The notes beneath the pieces were generated by a model. That model worked only from the letters and a program-made list of their open reading frames with translations. It had not been told where the DNA came from and searched no databases. From Candidatus Deferrimicrobiaceae bacterium (GTDB lineage Bacteria; Desulfobacterota; Deferrimicrobia; Deferrimicrobiales; Deferrimicrobiaceae), in NCBI GenBank assembly GCA_036555205.1, contig DATBLU010000203.1, positions 1-34,022 on the forward strand: a stretch of 34,022 nt of DNA. The letters are read 5' to 3'. Shown one piece after another: positions 15,198 through 23,177 of the stretch (positions are counted from its first letter, which is position 1; the number at the start of each line of letters is the position of its first letter). The position numbers and the translations under genes are program-made.

Positions 15198-17608
15198 TTT
15201 CCTTCCTTGCCCTTCTCCTCTTCTTCCTTCTTGACGGCCTCGCGCAGCTCGGACAGCCGTTCCTCGACGAGACGGTTCAGCGTATTTTCCGGATACTTCC
15301 CGTCCGGTCCCGGCTCCCCCGCCGGCATCCCCATGAGGATCCCGATCCCCTCCTCCACGTGCTCGATGGCGTGTATGTGGAATTTCCCCTGCCCCACGGC
15401 CTCCACGACCTCTCTCTTCAACATCAGGTTCTTCGCGTTCCTTAAGGGAATGACGACCCCCTGCGTCCCGGTCAGTCCCCGCAGCCTGCACAGGTCGAAG
15501 AAACCCTCGATCTTCTCGTTCACTCCGCCGATGGGCTGAACGTCCCCGTTCTGGTCCATGGATCCGGTAACCGCCACGCCCTGTCGGACGGGGACCCCCG
15601 ATACGGCGCTCAAGAGCGCGTAGAGCTCCGCGCAGGTGGCGCTGTCCCCCTCGATCATCCCGTAGAGCTGCTCGAAGGTTATCGAAGCCGATAGGCTTAT
15701 CGGCTTCCTGGACGCGTATTTCCTGCCTAGGTAGTTCGAAAGGATGAGCACAGCCTTCTCGTGGATCTTCCCCGAGAGCTTGGTCTCCCTTTCGATGTTG
15801 ACCACGCCGCCTTTGCCCGCGTAGACCGTCGTGGTGATCCTTGACGGCTTCCCGAAACTGTGGTCCCCCATGTCCAGCACCGCCAGTCCGTTCACCTGTC
15901 CCGCCTTCTCGCCGGACGTCTCCACGATCAGCGTCCCCTCCGCCATCACTTCCCGCGTCCGGTCCTCCATCATTCCGTGCCTGTAGATCTTCTCGCCCAG
16001 CGCCTTTTCCACGTGCGTCCCGGACACGACGTCGGCGCAATCCTTCCTGGCCCAGTAATGGGACTCGCGGATCAGGTTCGAGACGTCGCTGAACTTCGAG
16101 GAGAGCTTCTCCTGGTGCTCCGCCAGCCGGGACCCGTACTCCACGACTTTCGCCACGCCGGAAGCGTCGAACGGCAGGAGGCGCTCCTCACGGGACTTCG
16201 TCGAGACGAACGCGGCGTATTTCAGGATGTTCTCGTCCGACCGGTCCATCCGGTTGTCGAAGTCCGCCTTGACCTTGAAAAGCTCCCCGTACTCCTCGTC
16301 GAGCCCGAGAAGCAGGTAATATATCTCCGGGCTTCCGATGAGGATCACCTTCACGTCCATCGGTATCGGCTCCGGCCTCATCGTCGTCGTCGTGATCAGC
16401 CTGTACTGCTCCCAGACGTCCTCTATCTTCACTTCCCGGTTCTTGATCGCCCGCTTCAGCGCGTCGTAGGAGAACAGGTTCCGCAGGAGATCGAGCGCGT
16501 TAACGACCAGGTATCCGCCGTTCGCCGCATGAAGCGAACCCGCCTTGATCATGGTGAAATCGGTCATCGCGGCGCCGAACTGCAACTTGTGCTCGACCCT
16601 GCCGAAGAGGTTGTAGTACGTGGGGTTGCTCTCGAATACGCAGGGGCTGCCTTTCCGCTTTCCGTTGTTCACGAGGACGTTCACCGAATACCGCGTGAAA
16701 TTCGGCTCCTGCTTCGGCATCTTGAGGAACGGAAGCGCAGGCGCCGGATTCTCCTCCGGCACCGCTTTGAAGTCCTCTACGTTCTCGAGGACGTCATCCT
16801 GAACCGCATCCAGGTATGCGAGCATCTTTTCGTTTTTCGGATACTTGTTCTTGAGGTCCTCGACAAGGTGCCCGAGGACGGAAAGCGCGGTATTCCGTTC
16901 GAGCTTCTCCAGCTTCTCCCCGGTCTCCTTTTCCTCCCTCTTAAGCAGTCGCAACACGTCGTCCAGCTTTTCCTGGACGTATTTCCCGTTCTCCCTCAGC
17001 TCCTCCCTGCGCTTGGCGTCGAAGGAGTTGAACTCTTCCTCGGTAAGAGACTCCCCGGACTTGCCGATGGCCACCAGCGAGAACCCGCCCATTGCGGCCT
17101 TTACCTTGAACCCCTTCGATTCGGCCTCGATTTCCAGGGCTTCGAAAAGCTCCTTCTGCCTGCGCTGGACCTCATCCGTGATGACGCTCTTCTGTTTCTT
17201 GTATTCCTTCGACTCGAATATCTTGGGTATCTCGTTTTTCAGGTGGTCGACGAGCTCCCGCATGTCCTTCTGGAACTCGATCGACCTGCCCGGCTCGAGC
17301 CAGATAGCGATGGGATCGCCCGCGTCCTTGAAGTTGTGAACGTAGCACCAGTCGGGCGGGACGATTTCTTTCTCCGCTTTCCTGGATATGAACGACCTGA
17401 TGGCGGATGTCTTGCCTGTCCCGCTGTCTCCCAGGACGTAGATGTTGAACCCGGCGCTCTGCAGGTTCAGGCCGAAATCGATCGCGTCCAGCGCCCTCTG
17501 CTGGCCGATTATCCCGTCCAGCGGCGACAGCTCCTCGGTTGTCCTGAAAGTGAATATCCCGGGGTCGCAACGCTTGCGGAGGTCGTCCGGGCCCAAGGAT
17601 CTCGCCAT
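15194..17608 (-). CDS. Lon-like protease with a long helical insertion in the AAA module (LonC-type)
   Basis: 804 aa, GGAGGG RBS. Walker A GDSGTGKT is at aa 59-66. A charged helical insertion of about 200 aa follows. The protease domain has GDS(656)AT and GGVNEK(699)IEG, with Ser and Lys 43 residues apart as in Lon. Confidence 0.85.
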   Translation of the reverse strand: MARSLGPDDLRKRCDPGIFTFRTTEELSPLDGIIGQQRALDAIDFGLNLQSAGFNIYVLGDSGTGKTSAIRSFISRKAEKEIVPPDWCYVHNFKDAGDPIAIWLEPGRSIEFQKDMRELVDHLKNEIPKIFESKEYKKQKSVITDEVQRRQKELFEALEIEAESKGFKVKAAMGGFSLVAIGKSGESLTEEEFNSFDAKRREELRENGKYVQEKLDDVLRLLKREEKETGEKLEKLERNTALSVLGHLVEDLKNKYPKNEKMLAYLDAVQDDVLENVEDFKAVPEENPAPALPFLKMPKQEPNFTRYSVNVLVNNGKRKGSPCVFESNPTYYNLFGRVEHKLQFGAAMTDFTMIKAGSLHAANGGYLVVNALDLLRNLFSYDALKRAIKNREVKIEDVWEQYRLITTTTMRPEPIPMDVKVILIGSPEIYYLLLGLDEEYGELFKVKADFDNRMDRSDENILKYAAFVSTKSREERLLPFDASGVAKVVEYGSRLAEHQEKLSSKFSDVSNLIRESHYWARKDCADVVSGTHVEKALGEKIYRHGMMEDRTREVMAEGTLIVETSGEKAGQVNGLAVLDMGDHSFGKPSRITTTVYAGKGGVVNIERETKLSGKIHEKAVLILSNYLGRKYASRKPISLSASITFEQLYGMIEGDSATCAELYALLSAVSGVPVRQGVAVTGSMDQNGDVQPIGGVNEKIEGFFDLCRLRGLTGTQGVVIPLRNAKNLMLKREVVEAVGQGKFHIHAIEHVEEGIGILMGMPAGEPGPDGKYPENTLNRLVEERLSELREAVKKEEEEKGKEGK

Positions 17609-17689
17609 GATCCCTCCAGATCTCCGACGTATGTGGCCAGCCCTATCCTAGCGCCATCTCCCGGGAGGATTAAGAAAAATCATCGCTTG

Positions 17690-17723
17690 AAAAGCGGGGC
17701 CGGCAAGCCGGGGCCGGCCCCGC
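17690..17723 (-). terminator. Rho-independent terminator after the Cache-domain gene
   Basis: Minus strand reads GCGGGGCCGG, a 10-nt loop, CCGGCCCCGC, then TTTTC. It starts 14 nt after the stop at 17738. Confidence 0.55.
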
Positions 17724-17737
17724 GGATTTATTTTACG

Positions 17738-18211
17738 TCACTCGTAGATCCCCGCGCCGACGTACGCGTTCTTGCCCGGCACCCGGTACACGTAGGTGAC
17801 CTTCTTGCGCGCCTTCGGATCCCCGGGGTTGGTCCACATGTAGTCGACCCAACCTTCACCCTTCCCCTTGGCCACATCCGTGAATTCCTTGAACAGGAGC
17901 TTCCCGGGATCCCCCTTGTCCTTCATTCCGAGAACGTTTGTCCCGACAAGGGCGGGGCTCATCGGATGCGCCAGCATCTTTCCGTCGAAGTCCGTCATGA
18001 ACACATACGTGTCCTTCCAGACGAATTTTCCCTGCTTGTTGTTGATCTCCTTGATCGCTTCCGCCTCGCCCTTCTCGGTGTACAACTTGGCCGCTTCCTT
18101 GGTCTTTGCGATGCACTCTTCCTTCGTGGCTTTCTCCGCCGCCACGACATTCGAGGTCAGAAAAAGGCCGAACAGCAACAACAGGGTCAATACCGCAGCT
18201 TTCTTCATCAT
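17738..18211 (-). CDS. Secreted single-Cache (sCache_2-like) domain protein
   Basis: 157 aa. Signal peptide MMKKAAVLTLLLLFGLFLTSNVVAA. Cache-like core: YVFMTDFDGKMLAHP...GWVDYMWTNPG...KVTYVYRVPGKNAYVGAGIY. GGAGGGGAG RBS. Confidence 0.7.
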   Translation of the reverse strand: MMKKAAVLTLLLLFGLFLTSNVVAAEKATKEECIAKTKEAAKLYTEKGEAEAIKEINNKQGKFVWKDTYVFMTDFDGKMLAHPMSPALVGTNVLGMKDKGDPGKLLFKEFTDVAKGKGEGWVDYMWTNPGDPKARKKVTYVYRVPGKNAYVGAGIYE

Positions 18212-18338
18212 TTCTCCCCTCCTCGGAATCTCTGTGTCGGTTGATTGCCGCCCGGAGCTCCGATCGCCTGTCCAGGTTTTCCCGCCGCCCGCCTCCTTTC
18301 CATATCACGTACGGCATCTTTACATAATACCGGATTTT

Positions 18339-19112
18339 TTAACCGGATGGCTTCTCCCTCTCATGAAGTTTCATGACGCGGAAAGCTTCGGCGTATTCGG
18401 GCGCCCCGGGGACTCCGGGATCGGCGCATCCGGCGCCATTCCCTTGGACCCTGGCCCTCTCCGCTTCGTTCCTTGCCCATTCGAGAATTCTGGCGGCGGG
18501 ATCCCACCCTTCCAGCTGGCTGGCATGCGCCTTCAGGGCTTCTATCTTCCTGTCGATCGTGCCGGAAATGTCGATCCAGGTGTTGGGCGACGGAGTCGAC
18601 CCTATGTACACGGCCCGGACCTTGTGCGGCAGCCCCTCCTCGGGCCACAACAGCTCCATCTCGGCGGCGGGGAACACGGCCTCGAGCGCGGCCGCGGCCG
18701 CTGCGCGATGGTCAGGGTGGTTGATGTAGCTGTCGTTGAAGAACCACGCTTGCGGATCTCCGCATACCACCACCTCCGGACGGAACCGGCGGATCTCGCG
18801 CACCAGCTCGCGGCGCAATTCCAGCGTGGGCAGCAGGGCGCAGTCGTCGTGGCGCAGGAACACCACTTCCTTGACCCCCAGGATCCCGGCCGCGGCCCTC
18901 TCCTCCTCCTCGCGCGCAATCGCAAGCGTTTCGCGCGTAAATGTGCGGTCGTGCGTGCCCGCGTTGCCGCTCGTCAGCACGACGAGCGCGATCTCGCACC
19001 CGGCCTTCGCCCATCCCGCCATGGTTCCGGCGACCGTAAATTCGGCGTCGTCCGGGTGGGCGAAAATCGCCATCGCGGACCCGGGGACGTAGCCGGCGTC
19101 GTATCTGGGCAT
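18339..19112 (-). CDS. PIG-L/LmbE family N-acetylglucosaminyl deacetylase
   Basis: 257 aa. Hallmark AHPDDAEF, then LTSGNAG and YINHPDHRA. GGAGGGGAG RBS. Confidence 0.85.
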   Translation of the reverse strand: MPRYDAGYVPGSAMAIFAHPDDAEFTVAGTMAGWAKAGCEIALVVLTSGNAGTHDRTFTRETLAIAREEEERAAAGILGVKEVVFLRHDDCALLPTLELRRELVREIRRFRPEVVVCGDPQAWFFNDSYINHPDHRAAAAAALEAVFPAAEMELLWPEEGLPHKVRAVYIGSTPSPNTWIDISGTIDRKIEALKAHASQLEGWDPAARILEWARNEAERARVQGNGAGCADPGVPGAPEYAEAFRVMKLHEREKPSG

Positions 19113-19263
19113 CGGATCTCCCCTCCGGCTTTCAGATGCCGGAACGGGCTGCCCGGATTTAATCCCGTCCGGTACCAGTTTTACAGGAAAAGCTGCGGCC
19201 GCGACCGGCGCCTGAAGGAGCTCTGGGGGGGCGGGAGCCGGATCGTGACCGCGGTCCGTTCGG

Positions 19264-19279
19264 CCCGATAACCCGATAA
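19264..19279. repeat. Exact tandem 8-mer CCCGATAA x2; a third CCGATAA lies at 19307-19313
   Basis: Read directly: cccgataacccgataa. It sits in the AT-rich part of the divergent PIG-L / sensor-kinase intergenic region, 113-128 nt upstream of the kinase ATG. Confidence 0.6.
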
Positions 19280-19391
19280 AATAAATAAAGTTATATCGCT
19301 GGACTTCCGATAATTACCTCAAATGGGATCCATGAAGCGAGGCCCGGGCAATCCCATGGCCTGACATTTTTTGCTCTTGCGGAGCTAACAC

Positions 19392-21971
19392 ATGGATATA
19401 AAAGGGGTAATTCTGGCCCCCGTCAAAAAGCTCAAGTCCCGCATAAACGGAAGGCTGGACTCGGAGCACGAGCAATCCCTTATCCGGCTCGCCTTGACTC
19501 TTATATGTTTCCTGTATTTCCTCTCGGCTTTCATCGCCAACCGGCATGAACAGGGCGGAGTCGGCTGGGCCTTCTACTCGGCCGGCTGTTACATAATATT
19601 TTCCCTGGTGGTTTTCGCGGCCATCGTCATCCGGCCGGGGATATCGCCGGTCCGCAGGATCGTCGGGATGCTGGGGGACATCGGCATAACCTCCTACTGC
19701 CTTTACGTGGGAGGCGCCAATACCGCCCCCATTTACATCCTGTATCTTTGGGTGACTGTCGGCAACGGCTTCCGGTACGGCAACAAGTACCTGTTCGCGA
19801 GCACTTTGGCCAGCGCCGCCGGATTCACGTTCGTGATCTGGTCGACCAGCTACTGGCGCGACCAGCTTCCCCTTTCGATCGGACTTTTCGTGGGGCTGAT
19901 CATTCTGCCGCTGTACATCTCGACGCTGATCCGAAAGCTGACGGACGCGATGAAGAAGCTCAAGGACGCGACGGCTCGCGCGGAAGACGCGAACCACGCG
20001 AAGAGCCAGTTCCTGGCCAACATGTCCCATGAGCTTCGCACCCCGTTGAACGGAATTATGGGAATGGCGGAGCTGCTTCAAGACACGCGCCTCTCCGACG
20101 AGCAGAAGAACTTCACCGACACGATCTACGATTCGACCCGCACCATGCTTTCCCTGGTGAACGACGTCCTGGACATCTCCAGGATCGAAGCCGGGAAGAT
20201 CGTGATAGAGAAAACGGATTTCGATCTGCACGACCTGCTGAAAGAAACCGCGTCCATGCTGCATCACTCCGCCAACGCAAAGGGACTGCAGCTTTCCACG
20301 ATCATACCCCCCAACGTTCCGTTCCTTTTGCAGGGCGACCCGCTGCACATACGCCAGGTCGTCCTCAACCTTCTATCGAACGCGGTCAAGTTCACGGAAT
20401 CGGGAGAGGTCACGCTGCGCGTCCAGCGCGTCCTCGAGACGCCCGACAAGGTTTCGCTCAAGTTCGAGGTGTCCGACACCGGCATCGGGATGACCGAGGA
20501 GCAAAGGGAGAAGATCTTCGAGCGGTTCGCGCAGGCCGACGGCTCCATCACTCGCCGTTACGGCGGAACCGGGCTCGGGACCACCATCTCCAAGCAGTTG
20601 ATCGAACTTATGGGCGGGGATATCGGCGTCGAGAGCGCCGCCGGCGTCGGCAGCACCTTCTGGTTCACGCTGTCTTTCGACAAGCAGGCCGCGGCCGATG
20701 CGCCCCTCGCCCCGGACAAGGCGACCGATTGCAGGTTCCTCGTCGTATCTTCGGATCCGGAGACGATGGACGCCTTGTGCGGGCATATGAAATCCTGGAA
20801 CATAGAGACCGATGCGATCCCCCGCGCGGCAATGGCGTTCTCGAAGCTGGTCTCGGCGTTCGACCAGGGCAATCCGTATCACGCGGTCATAGTCGTAGAG
20901 CAAAACCTCGACATGGGGCTGTCCGAATTCGCCACTGTAGTGAAAACCGTCAAGAAGATCGCCAAATCCCGCCTGATCGTCGTTTGCCGCCCCTTCGCAG
21001 TTCCCAGCCTGGACGACCTCGCCCGGAAGGGGTATTGCGTCGCCCTCGAGAGTCCTCTCGACAAGACGATGCTCTTCAACGCCATACACTTCGTCAGGCC
21101 GGACACCCCCGACAAGGAAGACGTGGCGTTTCTCGCCAACCGCTACAGGCAGAAGAAGTCCGGCGCGGACAGGCTGCGCCTCCTCGTGGCCGAAGACAAC
21201 GCGGTCAACCAGAAAGTCATCAGCCTCATATTGGAAAAGGCCGGGCACAGCGTACGCCTCGTCGAAAACGGGGAGCTTGCCCTGGACGCGCTGCAGAACG
21301 AGAAATTCGACCTGGCCCTCCTGGATCTCAACATGCCCGTAATGGGAGGAATCGAAGCCGCCAAAATGTACCAATTCATGTCGCTGAACCGCCCGCGGGT
21401 CCCCCTGGTTGCGCTTACGGCCGATGCGACGCCCGAGACCCGGAAAAAATGCGAAGAAGCGAAATTCAACGCGTACGTCACGAAGCCCTTCGAGTCGAAA
21501 AACCTGCTCGAGGTCATTTACAGGCTGACTCCAAAGGCGGCTGACAGGCGCGAAAGCGCGCATTTCCATGCCCTTTCCGAGGGCCAGGAGAAAAAACCGG
21601 CAGGTCTTGAAGAACCGCTCGATTTCTCCGTCATACGGGATCTTGTAAGCCTCGGGGCCGACGGGAATTTCATCCGCAACATGACCCGGCTGTTCATGGA
21701 AGGGACGGAAGAGAAGATCCGGCAGATGAAGGATGCCTTGTCGACGCGTAACTCGGAGGAATTCAGGAGGCTCAACCACGCCCTGAAGGGTTCGGCGGGC
21801 CAGATCGGGGCGATGCCATTATCGTCCCTGTGCGGCGAATATGCGCTCGCCGGCCACGATGAGTTCGTCCGTTCGGGGAAGGAGATGGTCGACAGGTTGA
21901 ACGCGGAGTTTCAAAAAGTCGGCGAGGCCCTAAGCGGCCAGGCCGAGGATCTCAAAAAAACCAATCCTTGA
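19392..21971 (+). CDS. Hybrid sensor histidine kinase, RpfC-like: multi-pass TM sensor, HisKA, HATPase, degenerate receiver-like segment, REC, HPt
   Basis: 859 aa, with GGAG 7 nt upstream of the ATG. About 5 TM helices contain [15 protein letters not shown]-box [10 protein letters not shown]. HATPase DTGIGM...[23 protein letters not shown]...[11 protein letters not shown]...TKPF. HPt [13 protein letters not shown]. Confidence 0.88.
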   Translation: MDIKGVILAPVKKLKSRINGRLDSEHEQSLIRLALTLICFLYFLSAFIANRHEQGGVGWAFYSAGCYIIFSLVVFAAIVIRPGISPVRRIVGMLGDIGITSYCLYVGGANTAPIYILYLWVTVGNGFRYGNKYLFASTLASAAGFTFVIWSTSYWRDQLPLSIGLFVGLIILPLYISTLIRKLTDAMKKLKDATARAEDANHAKSQFLANMSHELRTPLNGIMGMAELLQDTRLSDEQKNFTDTIYDSTRTMLSLVNDVLDISRIEAGKIVIEKTDFDLHDLLKETASMLHHSANAKGLQLSTIIPPNVPFLLQGDPLHIRQVVLNLLSNAVKFTESGEVTLRVQRVLETPDKVSLKFEVSDTGIGMTEEQREKIFERFAQADGSITRRYGGTGLGTTISKQLIELMGGDIGVESAAGVGSTFWFTLSFDKQAAADAPLAPDKATDCRFLVVSSDPETMDALCGHMKSWNIETDAIPRAAMAFSKLVSAFDQGNPYHAVIVVEQNLDMGLSEFATVVKTVKKIAKSRLIVVCRPFAVPSLDDLARKGYCVALESPLDKTMLFNAIHFVRPDTPDKEDVAFLANRYRQKKSGADRLRLLVAEDNAVNQKVISLILEKAGHSVRLVENGELALDALQNEKFDLALLDLNMPVMGGIEAAKMYQFMSLNRPRVPLVALTADATPETRKKCEEAKFNAYVTKPFESKNLLEVIYRLTPKAADRRESAHFHALSEGQEKKPAGLEEPLDFSVIRDLVSLGADGNFIRNMTRLFMEGTEEKIRQMKDALSTRNSEEFRRLNHALKGSAGQIGAMPLSSLCGEYALAGHDEFVRSGKEMVDRLNAEFQKVGEALSGQAEDLKKTNP

Positions 21972-21974
21972 ATT

Positions 21975-22880
21975 CTAGGTACGGATTCCTTCGTCGGCGA
22001 TGAGCCGGGGGCCGCCGCTCTCCTTGGCGACCTGCGCGCGCACAAGCCTTTCCATGATTCTCAGATCGGAATCGTCCAGGCTGAGGGCTGTGTCCACCCA
22101 GATATCGGCGGTTCTCTCCAGTTCTTCCTTGGCGACGCGGAACACATCCTGTCGGACCTTGCTGATCCCCTGCCTTGCTTTCAGCCTCCTGGAATGGTTT
22201 TTTATGAACTCGTATACCGCCTTCTCCCCGCCGCCGTCCTCCGCAAGGATGTCCACCACGCCTTTTTCATGCAACTCTTCGGCCGTGTACACGTTTCCGC
22301 TGGTCATTATTTCCTCTACCTGCTTCATTCCCACCCTTCTGGCAAGGAAGTGATAAGCCCCCATGCCGGGAAACAGGTTGAACAGGATTTCCGGCAGGCC
22401 GAACCTCGCGCGCTTCTCGGCGATCATTATCGAACAGCACAAGGCCGCCTCGAATCCGCCTCCGAGGGCATCGCCCTGGACCAGGGATATCGTGGTCATC
22501 GGGAGATTGTAGTTGGCCGACTGGATGTAGACGTTGTCGATGCAAAGCTGCGCGTATCTCCTGAGCCCTTCGCGGTCCCGCTCCGATATCATTTTCTTGA
22601 AGAGAAATATATCTCCCCCGTAGCTGAATATGGCGGGATGTTTCGATGCGAGAACGGTGTAAAGGATGGGAAGGGAACCCGACTTCGAAAGGTGACCCCT
22701 GCCGTAATCCTCGATATTGTCGTAGCAGCGCTTCAGGCTCTCCAGCAACGGTTCGTTGAAGCAGGACCTCCCCTCGGGATCGAGGAATGTCCAAAGGACT
22801 TTGTGGGAGTGATCGAATCTTAATTTGAGCTGCTTCGCCGACTCGAACACCGGGGGGAATTGCTGGACGGGAACCTGCAT
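21975..22880 (-). CDS. rpfF: Crotonase-fold DSF-family signal synthase homolog (RpfF-like enoyl-CoA hydratase/thioesterase)
   Basis: 301 aa, with GGAG 5 nt upstream of the ATG. Motifs: GDALGGGFE(144)AAL and GLPE(164)ILFNLFPGM(173)GAYHF. C-terminal ADIW(261)VDTA...MERLVRAQ. As I recall it, this matches the Xanthomonas RpfF layout at a constant +3 offset. Confidence 0.75.
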   Translation of the reverse strand: MQVPVQQFPPVFESAKQLKLRFDHSHKVLWTFLDPEGRSCFNEPLLESLKRCYDNIEDYGRGHLSKSGSLPILYTVLASKHPAIFSYGGDIFLFKKMISERDREGLRRYAQLCIDNVYIQSANYNLPMTTISLVQGDALGGGFEAALCCSIMIAEKRARFGLPEILFNLFPGMGAYHFLARRVGMKQVEEIMTSGNVYTAEELHEKGVVDILAEDGGGEKAVYEFIKNHSRRLKARQGISKVRQDVFRVAKEELERTADIWVDTALSLDDSDLRIMERLVRAQVAKESGGPRLIADEGIRT

Positions 22881-23040
22881 GGAATCTCCTTTTATCGGAT
22901 TTCCCGCGTCAATATCGACATGACGATAAATTTACCCATATTGTGAAAATTAAACACCCGATGCCGCGCTCATCCCTCCTCGCCAAAATGGAGAAATATT
23001 CGCATTCGGTTACACTCATATGCGGCCGAATAAAATTCTG

Positions 23041-23055
23041 CTGAATCTAATTCAG
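23041..23055. repeat. Perfect palindrome CTGAAT-CTA-ATTCAG in the AT-rich island upstream of the rpfF-like gene
   Basis: Read directly. It lies about 160-175 nt upstream of the ATG at 22880 and is a candidate operator. The binding factor is unknown. Confidence 0.5.
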
Positions 23056-23177
23056 TACCGTGACCCCCCGGTCGTGCATAAAATAATATAACCGGATCGT
23101 AAAATTGCAAATCTTATTTTTTGCAGGGAGTTCGAAGCGTCGATTCAAAGGAAATACTTATATACATTTTCACTCGA

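Noticed and set aside
15860-18244. 794-aa plus-strand ORF, the longest unexplained ORF in the track
   Set aside because: It lies antisense to the well-supported Lon-like gene. It runs straight through an intergenic terminator and the Cache gene. Its translation is low-complexity and Arg/Pro/Leu/Val-rich with no motifs. This is the expected artefact of stop-poor antisense frames in GC-rich DNA.
19357-19374. Sigma-54-like TGGC...TTGC upstream of the hybrid kinase
   Set aside because: The GG to GC spacing is 15 nt instead of the required 12, so it does not fit the -24/-12 geometry.
22942-22958. TGTGA...ACAC, a CRP/FNR/Clp-like site upstream of the rpfF-like gene
   Set aside because: The second half-site matches only 3 of 5 positions, and only at non-standard spacing. 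This is too weak to call.
23127-23140. GAGTTCGAAGC resembling a tRNA T-loop
   Set aside because: The flanks cannot form a T-stem, acceptor stem or anticodon arm, and the region is AT-rich spacer. No tRNA was recognised anywhere in the window.
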